A DNA stretch of 64,000 bases from an uncultured delta proteobacterium (GCA_963789395.1 CAWBKP010000015.1:32001-96000); one strand, 5' to 3'. Counted from the first letter of the stretch, positions 1 to 10,283 are shown. Numbers and translations: made by a program. The notes: a model not told the origin generated them from the letters alone.

Positions 1-1062
1 TTTGGCAACGGCATGCATTTTTGAAGTGGCCACTTGAGCATCGTCTCTGCAGAAGAACGGTTTTGCGGCCGTATCCTTGCAGAGTTTCTCCAGTTGCTGG
101 CGCTTGACTGCAAGTAGCCGATCGATGCGCTTATGGCGCCGTTTGTCATGGACACTGGAGTGCAGAACAATGGCACGGTAGTTGTTTTCATACAACTGGA
201 CCTGAGTGTCAAAGGCCTTGTAGTATGCAGGCGGTCGTTTGGCGCTACCGATAGATTCTGCCAAAGTGCCGATCCGTATCCATTCGTTTGTTGCCACAGC
301 CTCCTGGATCACTCTTGAACACTCGCTGTAGTTGGACGGCAGACGACTGAGGATTTTGAGATTTCTCTGGCTGGACTTTTTTAGATTGTCTTCTGTGACA
401 TAGGCCGCATCTGCCACGTAGATAAAAGCACCCGGCTCAAGGCCGTGTTGAGCCATGTGTTTTGCGATGTTTGAGAGCAGTTCGTTGTTGAGAGTCTTAT
501 CTGAAGAGTTGCCATTGTGGCAGGCGCCCAAAAGTGGGATGTTACGTTCTACGCAGAGCATGGAGACCACAAACTGCTTCAAATCTGGCCGTTTGTCCTT
601 ACTGTGTCCGTAAGTGAGTTCAAATGGTGGATCTTGGCAATCATAATCACCATAGACAGTGATGGAAGTGGTATCAAAGTGAAAGCAATTGGTTCGGACA
701 TCAAAGACATCCAAGGCGTTCTGTATGATCTGAGCATAAATCTTCTGGGTGCCGGTCTCATAAATTTGATCCATCCCCCGGCCCACGTTGTAATCGGCAA
801 AACACGCCGGATCAACCTCTTTGCCCAGAAGTAGCTCACTATCCTTTTCATCAAAGAACTCCTTGAGCCGGTATAGAGGACTACGGCCCGAAAGTGTATC
901 AAGTACCATGGCTAAAACTGTTAGACCTGGTGAGATTTCCATTTGGCTACCGACCAATCGGTCGATAGTATCCACCAGGTTGATCCGATTGGCAAAGTGC
1001 TTAATAATAGGAAGGTGCCTGGCTTCAGTGTAGATCGGTTCCTCAAGAATGTGCTCTGACAT
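1..1062 (-). CDS. IS1634-family DDE transposase (3' end runs off the window)
   Basis: Manual translation from ATG at 1062 (GGAG upstream): MSEHILEEPIYTEARHLPIIKHFANRINLVDTID...FHFDTTSITVYG...TYGHSKDKRPDLKQF...NGNSSDK...FIYVADAAYVTEDNL. The HFDTTS, GHSKDxRPDLKQ and YVADxA motifs are typical of IS1634. Probably absent from the ORF track because the frame runs off the window edge. Confidence 0.9.
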   Translation of the reverse strand, partial: MSEHILEEPIYTEARHLPIIKHFANRINLVDTIDRLVGSQMEISPGLTVLAMVLDTLSGRSPLYRLKEFFDEKDSELLLGKEVDPACFADYNVGRGMDQIYETGTQKIYAQIIQNALDVFDVRTNCFHFDTTSITVYGDYDCQDPPFELTYGHSKDKRPDLKQFVVSMLCVERNIPLLGACHNGNSSDKTLNNELLSNIAKHMAQHGLEPGAFIYVADAAYVTEDNLKKSSQRNLKILSRLPSNYSECSRVIQEAVATNEWIRIGTLAESIGSAKRPPAYYKAFDTQVQLYENNYRAIVLHSSVHDKRRHKRIDRLLAVKRQQLEKLCKDTAAKPFFCRDDAQVATSKMHAVAK

Positions 1063-1240
1063 TGTTGCTCTCCATCGCTATGTGTTAACGGTTGAGGGCA
1101 GTGTATCAGACTAGTAAAAGAATGTCTATCTATATTAGTTATTAGTTATAGATATCAATTGGTTAAGCTACTTTTTAGACTATTTTTAGGGAAGGAAAAA
1201 TAGACCGAGCAAACCCTCGGGGGGGTGCGGAAAGTAAGTT
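1..1240 (-). mobile_element. IS1634-family insertion sequence, left portion, inserted into hsdS
   Basis: Transposase plus about 175 bp of AT-rich leader. The hsdS-like reading (...GGYTDNTESLIFE) breaks off near 1240, next to TGCGGAAAGTAAG (1226-1238), the presumed terminal repeat. The other end is outside the window. Confidence 0.75.
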
Positions 1241-2046
1241 CAAAAATCAGAGATTCCGTGTTATCGGTGTATCCACCAATATATTCTTTTCCTTGGTCAA
1301 CTACAGGGATCAAACCTTCTAACGCGTAGTCTTTTTTCTGTGTTTTCTCCCTCGCTTAACCTTCTTCAAAATTTCCCCAACCTTCACAATCTCCCACCCT
1401 TCCGGAATCCGGCCCAGGGGGGAATCGGTGAAGCGGGAGATCTGGTAACCGGGAAAGCGGAACTTGACGAACCACTCGAGGTAGAGGTTCTGCGCCATTT
1501 CCTCCAGAATCTTGATCCGCCGCAGGTTGTTCTCGATCAGGTCGTCGTAGACTGAGAGGATTGCGGCAATTTTCCGCTGCGCGGGGAGGGGGGGAATGGT
1601 GATTGGGAAATCAGGAAACTTGGCAATTGGGATTCTATCAACCGTAGAGCCAACCAACGTGTTCTGAGCAATAACATTTCTCCACTCTTGGCTGAAGAAA
1701 TAATAATACAATTCCGCAAATCTTGGAATCATCAGACCGAATCAAGGCCATTCGCCTACCGAGGCAACCACGAAAACCTTTTTGGAATCATGGCATATCG
1801 ATTCAGGGTGGCTTCGTAAGAAAAAACAATATCCCCATAACTTGGTTCAATGCGTTTAATCCATCGAGGGTATTCCTCTTCTGAAATATGACGAACATCG
1901 GAAAGATCAAGTTGACCTGTCTCACCTACATTCTTAATACCAAGAAAAATAGGACCTGACTCTGACGGCTTTGGAGTGGCATGCGGGCCATCGTACATCC
2001 CCGAATAGACTTCTCTTATCGGAATGGTTTGCCGTTTTAACACCAT
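1241..2046 (-). pseudogene. hsdS: Type I restriction-modification specificity subunit, IS-interrupted, with frameshifts
   Basis: TRD1 (DGPHATPK...GDIVFSYEATL), conserved spacer [49 protein letters not shown], then IPEGWE and the start of TRD2 (LIPVVDQGKEYIGGYTD), spread over several frames. Confidence 0.85.
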
Positions 2047-3157
2047 CACTCTGCCTCCAGCAACTTGGCCACATTCTTGGCAATACCCTCTTTTCCCGGT
2101 TCTCCAGGCGCTTCCGAGCAAGGGCGATGGCTTTGCGAAGTTTCTCTTGCAGTACCTCTTTCGGCAGTGAATCGGTGAGGTATTCGGCAACATGGATGCC
2201 GGAACGGCCCAGCTCCAGCAGTTCAATCTGCTCCTGCTTCTTGCCGGCGCAGAGGATCATGCCCAGGGGCGCATCTTCACCCTCGCGGCGCTCGTATTTA
2301 TCCAGCCAGTGCAGGTAGAGCTCCATCTGTCCCTTGAATGCGGGCTTGAATTCACCCAGTTTGAGTTCAATTGCCACCAGCCGGCGCAAGCGCCGATGGT
2401 AGAAGAGCAGGTCCATGTAGAAGTCATCGCCATCCAAGGTGATGCGCTTTTGGCGTTCGAGGAAGGCAAATCCAACGCCCAGTTCCAAGATGAATGATTC
2501 CATCTCGCGCAGAATGGCTGTCTCCAGATCTTTTTCGGCAAAGGTGTCCTTAAGTCCGAGAAAATCCAGCAGATAGGGATCGCGAAAGACCAGGTCCGGG
2601 ATAAGCTTATCGGTCTCGCGCAGCTTAGTCAGCTCCTGTTCGATGAGTTTTTCGGGCTTTTTCGACAGCGCCGTTCGTTCATAGAGCATGGAGCTGATCT
2701 TTTTTTCCAATGTCCTTGTGGACCAGCCTTCAATGCTGCAAATCTCGGCGTAGAAGGTGCGTTTGAGAGGGTCATCCATACTGATGAGCAGGCGAAAATG
2801 ACTCCAGCTTAATTTTGCACACAGCGCGTGCAAAATCGTTTCATCGAGAAATATTTCAGCGAATTTAACCATGTATGCAAGATTGCGTTCGTTCCAGCCG
2901 CGACCGTACTCGATCGTCAATTTTGCCGACAGTGTCGGCAAAATCTCCCGGCCGTATTCGGCGCGTTTCTCCTGAAGGACATCCTCTCGAATCCGCCTGC
3001 CCACGTTCCAATAGAGCATGGTCAGGGCCACGTTGACCTTCGTGGAGACGGCTTGCCGTGTCTCATCGATCATTCGGCGGAGGTCATTCAGCAGCGGGAG
3101 GGCCACGACCTTCTTTAAAGGCTTGATCCGAACCGAATCATGTTTTTTGATCGCCAT
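2046..3157 (-). CDS. YhcG/DUF1016-family PD-(D/E)XK nuclease-domain protein
   Basis: Motifs LYWNVGRRI, LSWSHF, FRDPYLLDFLGL, ILELGVGFAFLERQKRI, DLLFYHRRLRRLVAIELK and GQMELYL. Restoring one A in an A-run near 2092 ends the protein as EKEGIAKNVAKLLEAE* at 2046. Confidence 0.88.
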
Positions 3158-3445
3158 CACTCAGCCTCGAGCAAATTTGCCACATTCTCAGCGATTCGCG
3201 TTTCCAGTTCCCGAGCCTCGGCGTTGAGGACTTCCAGCTCCTCGTTCTGCTCCTCCAGCCGCACCTTGAAGTCAAAGTCGTCTTCCTCCCGGGTTGCAAC
3301 GCCCACATAGCGGCCGGGGTTGAGGCTCCAGCCCTGGGCTTCAATCTCTGCCAGAGTTGACACCTTGCACAGACCGGAAATATCGGCGTATTTGCCATCT
3401 GGGAAGCTTTCAGCCATCAGGTCATAGCCTCCTTCCTGTTTTCTT
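3157..3445 (-). pseudogene. hsdM: C-terminal remnant of type I methyltransferase subunit
   Basis: [36 protein letters not shown]...[16 protein letters not shown] is a typical HsdM C-terminus. Upstream DNA is AT-rich, with no FGQE or NPPF catalytic motifs. Confidence 0.8.
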
Positions 3446-4023
3446 TGAAATAACAGGAGGATAATGGCTTGTATGTCCATATCAGTCAATTGCCATTTTG
3501 TTACGTACAGCTTGCATATATGCATGAGTCTGGCCATATTTATGGATATTAACCCGGCAACTAAATACATAAATATTAGCAAGGGAGTTGAATTATAAAA
3601 CCTTACAAACATTGAATCTGGGGTAATGACTATTTTCTACTGGTCATCTATTTAATTGCCAGGTTAATACAGATGGTGTCATTCACATTCCTGACCCTCA
3701 TGCAACCGTAACAATTTTCAATCTGTAATCCACAGAAGTCTTTCATGCAAAAACACCTCTACATTTTTTTTCTTCCATTGCTTCCATAAGCTGTTATTCC
3801 AACATTTATCGAGAATTACCCTATGATAAAGCCGACATGCCTGTCAAACGAATTGACACATTCCAATAGGGACATCGAGCACAGTAACTCATACGCATCG
3901 GAGACATCTTATGGGAGGAAGGCCACAGCCTCTTAATCGTGTCCTTTCGGCATAAGTGCTCAAATTATCCAGAATTCGATTTGGGGCCGTAGAGGTTAAG
4001 ACAGTATTTGCCGGTAGTGGATA

Positions 4024-4576
4024 TTATGTAGGGGGAGACAACTGGATGGAAACCCATCGCGCCGATGAAAATCGGCCTGCAAATCGGGATGCGGATAGCG
4101 ACCAGTAGCTCGTCATCCCGTCACGGTATTTGATGACGGCGCTGATGCCGATCTGAAGAACCTGATCTCTGTAAAGGATTCCTTTCTAGAGCAATTTCCA
4201 ATGAAAGTGACAGAACGTCAGACCGGCGCCTGACAAAGAACGGAAGCAATCCAAAGGCCATATCCTCCCGCATTCCATTGCGGTAGTCGTCAAAGCGAAA
4301 AACATTCCAGTGGCCGGCTGGAGAGAGGTTAATTTCCCGATATCGAGAAGACCCATGGGCAGCGAGGAAGAGCTCGAAACATGTTTCTTCCCACAAGGCG
4401 TTCTTGCGGGCCGGCATATCTGAAGGCATGGGAATATCAACTGCCGCTAAATTGCCCAAAAGCGTAAACTGGATGGCAAGCCTGCTGGAACCCCTCGATA
4501 TTTCACCTGCGATCTTCAGCGGGGACAACAGACCTGCCTCCATAAATGGCTGAAGGGAAAACCGCCGGGAATTCAA
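4024..4576 (-). CDS. DOMON-like domain protein (frameshifted near the 3' end)
   Basis: LWEETCFELF...YREINLSPAGHWNVFRFDDYR; the tail SAVIK..SYWSL.HPD..ADFHRR lies in shifted frames. Confidence 0.7.
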
Positions 4577-4577
4577 T

Positions 4578-5507
4578 TCAGGAAACCACCCACAGGGCGC
4601 AGTTTGCCGACTTTCCCAGCACGCTCCGCGAGACGCTGCCCATAAAAAAAGCATTGCCGCCCCCCCGCCTTCCCACAACCACCGTCCCGTAATCCTCTGA
4701 CCTGGCTTCTTCTACAATGGCGCTGGCGATATTATACAGGCGCTCGACCATTTTCAGATGAATCTGACTGTCCTGAAAGCCTGCTTCCCTGAACCGCTGC
4801 AAGGCAAGTGAATAAAAATGATCGATGCAGCGTTTGTTGCCCTGTATCAGAATCTTGTCGATTGTCTCTGTCGGCTCCTCGATTTCGATCGGGCAAAAAT
4901 CGCTGAATCTGGGCATCACATGAAAAAGGGTGATCGCGATATCGGCATTGCCGGCCGTCATGAAACACAGATGATCAACGGCCCTCAGGGAGCTTTCGGA
5001 TCCGTCAACAGCAATCATGATGCGGGTTGAGGTGACCATGCCGTCAATGACCCATACCGGAATGATCCGGGAGTGCTCCAGAAGATTTGATGTGATGCTG
5101 CCCGCAAAGGTTTCCTGAAGCCGGGAAATTCCCCTTCGACCCACGACAATTGCGTCAAAGTGGCCTTGCTGGGCATATTCGATGATATCCTTGGCGCGTC
5201 CCAGTTTTTGGGGTTGGGTGACCACTTGAATATGGCCTGCATTGACTCCCAGATCCGTCATGCTTTTTTTGCATTTATCCAGCAATGCCCGTGAGGCTTG
5301 CTCATGTTTTCGCCCCAGATTAATAAGATCCAATTGTTTCAACCCATCGGATTTGGCCTCTTCCAGCAAAAAATGCGAGATGGACGGCTGGACATGATAC
5401 AACGTATAGGTAAGATTCTTTACCGCGGAAGAAATTTTTACGACATAGTGAATGGCGTTTCTGGAATGAATCGAATCGTCTACCGGAAGCAGTATGCTTT
5501 TTTTCAT
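4578..5507 (-). CDS. Tandem-domain universal stress protein
   Basis: Two Usp domains: ILLPVDDS...VVGRRG...GSITSNLL and IMIAVDGS...VVGRRG...MGSVS. Confidence 0.9.
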   Translation of the reverse strand: MKKSILLPVDDSIHSRNAIHYVVKISSAVKNLTYTLYHVQPSISHFLLEEAKSDGLKQLDLINLGRKHEQASRALLDKCKKSMTDLGVNAGHIQVVTQPQKLGRAKDIIEYAQQGHFDAIVVGRRGISRLQETFAGSITSNLLEHSRIIPVWVIDGMVTSTRIMIAVDGSESSLRAVDHLCFMTAGNADIAITLFHVMPRFSDFCPIEIEEPTETIDKILIQGNKRCIDHFYSLALQRFREAGFQDSQIHLKMVERLYNIASAIVEEARSEDYGTVVVGRRGGGNAFFMGSVSRSVLGKSANCALWVVS

Positions 5508-5529
5508 GGGTATCCTCTCTCTTATCACG

Positions 5530-6420
5530 CTATTGCGCTTCGCTTTTGGCTTTTTTGGATAAAATCATCTGATATGCGGCTTTTCGGGAGATGCCCAATT
5601 CGAGTGCAATTTTTCTGGCACGTTCACCAGGACTTTGGCGCCGGATCCATGAGAAACGCAGAGATATCTTGCTGCAGGGATTCTGCTGAAAGATTTTTAT
5701 CCTTGTTTTTCCCTGAAATCACTACGGAACATTCGCCTTTAATTTCTTTTCGAGCAGACAGATCCATCAGCATCTCTGAAATGGCGCCGCGAATAAATTC
5801 CTCATACCGTTTGGTCATTTCCCGGCAGACGACGCCGGAGCGATCCCCGAGAATCACCAGCACATCCTCTAAAAAAGAAAGAACCCGCTTTGGGGATTCG
5901 TAAAATATCAGGGTTCTGGATTCGGCTTCAATCTCTTTCAACAAGGCGGTTCGGCGGGCCTGTTTTTTGGGGGAAACCCCAAAAACATGAAGGCATCCGT
6001 GGGAAGTCCGGAAACACTAAGGGCTGTGATGGCAGCGGATACGCCAGGGACGGGAATCACCTTGACGCCTGCCTGAATCGCCGCAGAGATCAGCCGGTAT
6101 CCCGGATCCGATACAGACGGGGTTCCGGCATCTGAAACCAGCGCAATGGATGCGCCATTCAGAAGTTGCTGAATGAACCGGGGCGCACGTTCTGCCTCAT
6201 TGTGATCGTGATAGGAAACGAGCGGTGATGAGATCTGGTAGCGGGAAAGCATCAAGGCGGTGTGCCGGGTATCTTCCGCAGCCACCATGTCCACGCCGGA
6301 TAGCACTCTCAGCGCCCGAAGGGTGATATCCTCCAAATTGCCGATCGGAGTTGCCACCACGTAGAGCCCCCCCTTTTCAACACCTTGTGACGCATCAACG
6401 TCCGGCAAGTTCAAAGGCAT
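5530..6420 (-). CDS. rsmI: 16S rRNA C1402 2'-O-methyltransferase (split by apparent frameshifts)
   Basis: LYVVATPIGNLEDITLRAL, AAEDTRHT, LVSDAGTPSVSDPG, then TLIFYESPKR and CREMTKRYEE in the next frame. Confidence 0.9.
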
Positions 6421-6766
6421 TTTTGATAAGCTCGATGGTATCCCGCCCGGAGTTAGAAAATATCGTCACCACATCAAAACGGGCCCGGGCATGGCTTTGG
6501 TGGGTGGACTTGAGATACTGAAGGGCTACTTTAGAAATCTTGCGTTGCTTTTGAAGGGTGACTGCATATTTTGGGTTGCCGAAAGACACGGAAGCTCTGG
6601 ATTTGACTTCAACAAAGGCAATGGTTTCTTTGTCTTTGGCAATGATATCGATTTCGCCCATGCGGGTGCGATAATTCTGCTCCACGATGCGGTATCCCTT
6701 CCGTTTTAAATAGATCACGGCGAGGGATTCATTGTTTTTCCCAAATACCTGAAAGGAATTGACCAT
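6395..6766 (-). CDS. yraN: YraN-family (UPF0102) putative endonuclease
   Basis: NYRTRMGEIDIIA, FVEVKSR, RFDVV. Confidence 0.9.
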   Translation of the reverse strand: MVNSFQVFGKNNESLAVIYLKRKGYRIVEQNYRTRMGEIDIIAKDKETIAFVEVKSRASVSFGNPKYAVTLQKQRKISKVALQYLKSTHQSHARARFDVVTIFSNSGRDTIELIKNAFELAGR

Positions 6767-7376
6767 GATTTGCCCACTCCTTTACCCCTTTAAAACTTTT
6801 CCGGTGTATGGGAGAACAGCCATACCGCCTGATGGCTTCTTTGTGAAACGGAGTCGGATATCCCTTGTGAACGGCGAAACCATATTCCGGATAGTCGTCG
6901 TGGTAGCGTTCCATCAGGCTGTCCCGGGTCACTTTTGCGATAATTGATGCGGCCGCGATGGAAATGCTCAAGGCATCTCCTTTGGGGATGGCTTCCTGCG
7001 ACAGTGAAACAGGCAGGCGGAAAATCCCGTCAATCAACACGTGTTCCGGAAGGGGAGAAAGGTTATCGACCGCCATGCGCATTGACAGCAGGGACGCCTT
7101 TAATATGTTCGTGCGGTCGATCTGGCAGGAATCCACAATGCCGATGCCGATGGCATCCGCATGTTCATATATCTGCTGATAAAGCGCCCGTCGTTTTTTA
7201 GGCGTCAGTTTTTTGGAATCCGTTACCCCCGGAACCGGAAAAGAAAACGGAAGAATCACGGCGGCCGATACTACCGGGCCGGCCAGGGGGCCCCTGCCGG
7301 CCTCATCAACGCCTGCGATGCGCATCAAGCCACTCCGGCGTGCCTGGCCCTCAAATCTCCACAGGTCAATGCCCAT
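6729..7376 (-). CDS. rnhB: Ribonuclease HII
   Basis: AGVDEAGRGPLAGPVV, DSKKL, SIAAASIIAKVTRD, HKGYPT. Confidence 0.97.
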   Translation of the reverse strand: MGIDLWRFEGQARRSGLMRIAGVDEAGRGPLAGPVVSAAVILPFSFPVPGVTDSKKLTPKKRRALYQQIYEHADAIGIGIVDSCQIDRTNILKASLLSMRMAVDNLSPLPEHVLIDGIFRLPVSLSQEAIPKGDALSISIAAASIIAKVTRDSLMERYHDDYPEYGFAVHKGYPTPFHKEAIRRYGCSPIHRKSFKGVKEWANHGQFLSGIWEKQ

Positions 7377-7385
7377 GATGCCTTT

Positions 7386-7733
7386 TCAGGAACGGTCTTC
7401 TTTAATTCTGGCGGCCTTGCCCTTGAGTTTCCGGATATAATAAATCTTGGCGCGCCTGACAGCCCCTTTTGAAACCACTTCAATCCGGTCGATAATCGGT
7501 GAATGCAGCGGGAATATACGCTCAACGCCGATCCCGCCGTAAGAGATTTTCCTGACCATGAAGGTTGCATTGGTGGTGCCTCTGCGCTTGCTGATCACCA
7601 CACCTTCGAAAGCCTGAATACGCTCTTTTTCGCCTTCCTTGATTTTGACATGAACCCTTACCGTATCCCCGGCGGAAAATTGCGGCAGATCCAGCCGCAT
7701 CATTTCTTTTTCCAAAAGCTTGACAGTTTCCAT
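7386..7733 (-). CDS. rplS: 50S ribosomal protein L19
   Basis: [42 protein letters not shown]. Confidence 0.98.
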   Translation of the reverse strand: METVKLLEKEMMRLDLPQFSAGDTVRVHVKIKEGEKERIQAFEGVVISKRRGTTNATFMVRKISYGGIGVERIFPLHSPIIDRIEVVSKGAVRRAKIYYIRKLKGKAARIKEDRS

Positions 7734-7817
7734 AACTCCCCCAATAAATTGTTTTCTAACGATGTGACAGATTAATGTAAATGATCGGGATACCCCCCCC
7801 GATATTCATAGTCATTC

Positions 7818-8393
7818 CTACGATGGCCGTCCCAGCAGACGATCCAGAAATATGGACGCTGCGGAACGGACCGACAGGTGGTTATACTCCGCATTGCCGC
7901 GAATCGGCTCCAGAATATGGTCCGCCTGCGCCATGCAACCCTGCGAAAGTCCCCATGCCGTGCCAAATACCAGCAGATAGGGATTTCCTGTTTCCAGCAG
8001 TTCCCGAAACCGGGATATGGAAATGCCCCCTGCATGATCCCTGGCGCTGGTTACAACCGTACGGGGATATCTCTTTTCCCGCAAGGCGATGTCTTCGCAT
8101 GCTTTTTCCAGCGTATCCAGAATGCAGACCATTTCCAGGGCCTGGCATCGCTTGGGGTTATACACAGCCCCTGAACCGGTTGTCCAGTGCGACACCAGCG
8201 TCTTAACCAGCAACTGTTGGTCACCAAGCGGGGTAACGACATACAGGGCCTTGGCCCCATACGTTCTGGCAGCCCTTGCCATGTCATGAATATCCAGGTT
8301 GGTCACCGCGGATGCGATGATTTCCCCGCGCTTATTGACGACCGGGTAATGTGCCAGCGCCAGATATAGATTGGGACTGCAAAATTTGGTCAA
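7818..8393 (-). CDS. SPOUT-family RNA methyltransferase (Tm1570-like)
   Basis: LALAHYPVVNKRGEIIASAVTNLDIHDMARAARTYG, FGTAWGL, YNHLSVRSAASIFLDRL. Confidence 0.85.
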   Translation of the reverse strand: MTKFCSPNLYLALAHYPVVNKRGEIIASAVTNLDIHDMARAARTYGAKALYVVTPLGDQQLLVKTLVSHWTTGSGAVYNPKRCQALEMVCILDTLEKACEDIALREKRYPRTVVTSARDHAGGISISRFRELLETGNPYLLVFGTAWGLSQGCMAQADHILEPIRGNAEYNHLSVRSAASIFLDRLLGRPS

Positions 8394-9120
8394 TGTCCAG
8401 ACGCCACTGTTGAAGAATTCGAACCTCAGCCAGTGTCAGCTGGCGCTGCATCAACAAATCCCTGCGTTTTAAAACCGTTCGGATCAGCGACGATTCCTGC
8501 CGCCATTTCTCAATCTGCGCATGATTACCAGAAAGCAATACATCCGGAACCGCTTCACCTTCGAAATTCGCAGGCCGCGTGTAATGGCCGTGTTCCAGAA
8601 GGCTATCGCTGAAGGAATCCTTCTGCGCGGATTCCTCGCCTCCGAGGGCACCGGGAATCAGCCGGATTACAGCTTCCATGAGTACCATTGCCGGCAGTTC
8701 TCCGCCGGTCAACACATAATCGCCGATTGATATTTCATCATCTACAAACTGCTGGCAGATTCGCTCATCAATGCCCTCGTAGCGGCCGCAAATCAAAATC
8801 AGTCCGGGCTGCACGGAAAGCTCCGCAGCAATTTCCTGATTAAACGCCCGGCCCTGCGGAGACAGATAGACGGTTCTGGCGCCTGGTGCGGTGTTTTCAG
8901 CCCACCGGATGGCGGCCGCCAGAGGCTCCGGTTTCATAACCATGCCGTTTCCCCCGCCATATGGACGGTCATCGGTCACCTGATGTCTGCCGGCGGCAAA
9001 TTCGCGGATATTTACAGCAGAAGCGGAAATGACGCCCTGCTCAATGGCTCGCCTGACAATGCCATGGTCCCAGAAAAGCTGGAACATTTCCGGAAAAATT
9101 GTCAATGCGACGAATTTCAT
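8332..9120 (-). CDS. trmD: tRNA (guanine-37-N1)-methyltransferase
   Basis: DDRPYGGGNGMVM, LICGRYEGIDER, SIGDYVLTGGE, YTRP, LLSGNH. Confidence 0.97.
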   Translation of the reverse strand: MKFVALTIFPEMFQLFWDHGIVRRAIEQGVISASAVNIREFAAGRHQVTDDRPYGGGNGMVMKPEPLAAAIRWAENTAPGARTVYLSPQGRAFNQEIAAELSVQPGLILICGRYEGIDERICQQFVDDEISIGDYVLTGGELPAMVLMEAVIRLIPGALGGEESAQKDSFSDSLLEHGHYTRPANFEGEAVPDVLLSGNHAQIEKWRQESSLIRTVLKRRDLLMQRQLTLAEVRILQQWRLDIDQILQSQSISGAGTLPGRQ

Positions 9121-9177
9121 AAACGACTTCCAGAAACTGCCGGCTTCAGCCTTTTTTTCATATCGGCAGGTTGTCTT

Positions 9178-9690
9178 CTACAAGCCTTCAGGAAGATCCA
9201 CCCGCATGATCTTCCGGTCCAGATCAATTTCCAGAACAACCGAGGCAATGGCCGGAATCAGAATCTCACCGGCATCCGGGGTTTGCACCCCATATACATC
9301 ATTGCTGCCGGTCTCGATGAGGGATACGACAGTCCCGACAGGATGTCCATCGGCTGAAACCACCGACATCCCCACAATATCCGCCCAGTAATAGGTATCC
9401 GGTTCCAGTTCAGGCAGGCTGGATTTTTCCACCAGCAGATCAGAGCCCGGCAGCGTTTCAGCCGTGTTGCGATCAAAAACCCCTTTTAACAAGAGCAGCA
9501 GCATTCGCCCCTGGGGCCTGGCATCTGCTATCTCCGTCACACGGAGGTTGCCCTTGGCATCCCGAACGATTACGGAACAGCCAGGCGCCAATACCGAAAA
9601 CGATTCTGTCTCGCAGTGAATCTTGACATATCCCTTGATGCCATGGACACCGACGATTTTTCCAATGACCACACAGGTATCCGGATTCAT
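9178..9690 (-). CDS. rimM: Ribosome maturation factor RimM
   Basis: GKIVGVHGIKG, YYWADIVG, ETGSNDV; conserved position between khpA and trmD. Confidence 0.95.
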   Translation of the reverse strand: MNPDTCVVIGKIVGVHGIKGYVKIHCETESFSVLAPGCSVIVRDAKGNLRVTEIADARPQGRMLLLLLKGVFDRNTAETLPGSDLLVEKSSLPELEPDTYYWADIVGMSVVSADGHPVGTVVSLIETGSNDVYGVQTPDAGEILIPAIASVVLEIDLDRKIMRVDLPEGL

Positions 9691-9705
9691 CCTGCTTCAG
9701 CAGCC

Positions 9706-9936
9706 TTATTCAACAATTTCAAGAACCGAGCGTTTTTTGATCTTTGCGGACGCCGCACTCAGAATGGTTCGCATGGCCCGGGCCGTTCGCCCCTGTTTAC
9801 CAATGACTTTTCCCAAATCCTCTTTAGCAACCTTCAGTTCCAGAACCGAGGTCTGATTCCCCTCGATCTCAGAAACAGACACCTGTTCCGGGTGGTCAAC
9901 AAGCGCACGGGCAATGTAATCGATCAGATCTTTCAT
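9706..9936 (-). CDS. khpA: KH-domain RNA-binding protein
   Basis: [17 protein letters not shown]; follows rpsP. Confidence 0.92.
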   Translation of the reverse strand: MKDLIDYIARALVDHPEQVSVSEIEGNQTSVLELKVAKEDLGKVIGKQGRTARAMRTILSAASAKIKKRSVLEIVE

Positions 9937-9994
9937 AGCTCCATCTCCTTTGCTGCCAGGCGAGAATCGGGAAATGACGTCAAGGTCAAGAACT

Positions 9995-10249
9995 TCAGGC
10001 AGGGGAATCCGATATGCCCTGTTTTTTCAAGATGCTCTTGACCGTATCGGTCGGCGTTGCGCCCTGGCCGATCCAGTATTGAACGCGATCCATTTTCAGG
10101 GTGACATCAGCCGGGGTGTTCAGCGGATTATAGGTTCCCAGATTCTCCAGAAACTTGCCGTCCCGGGGGCATTGCCCATCTGCTGCCACGATACGGTAAA
10201 AGGGTCGTTTTTTTGCGCCGTGTCTGGCCAGTCGAATTTTTACAGACAT
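9995..10249 (-). CDS. rpsP: 30S ribosomal protein S16
   Basis: [21 protein letters not shown]...[14 protein letters not shown]. Confidence 0.98.
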   Translation of the reverse strand: MSVKIRLARHGAKKRPFYRIVAADGQCPRDGKFLENLGTYNPLNTPADVTLKMDRVQYWIGQGATPTDTVKSILKKQGISDSPA

Positions 10250-10283
10250 ATATTTCTCCTATGGTAATGGTGATAATCACAAA

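Noticed and set aside
1934..2046. Long C-terminal extension of YhcG overlapping hsdS
   Set aside because: It disappears if one A is restored in an A-run near 2092, which gives a TGATG-coupled junction.
3446..3612. Hydrophobic N-terminus on the HsdM fragment, suggesting a membrane fusion
   Set aside because: AT-rich open frame with no clear RBS; more likely chance read-through into the junction DNA.
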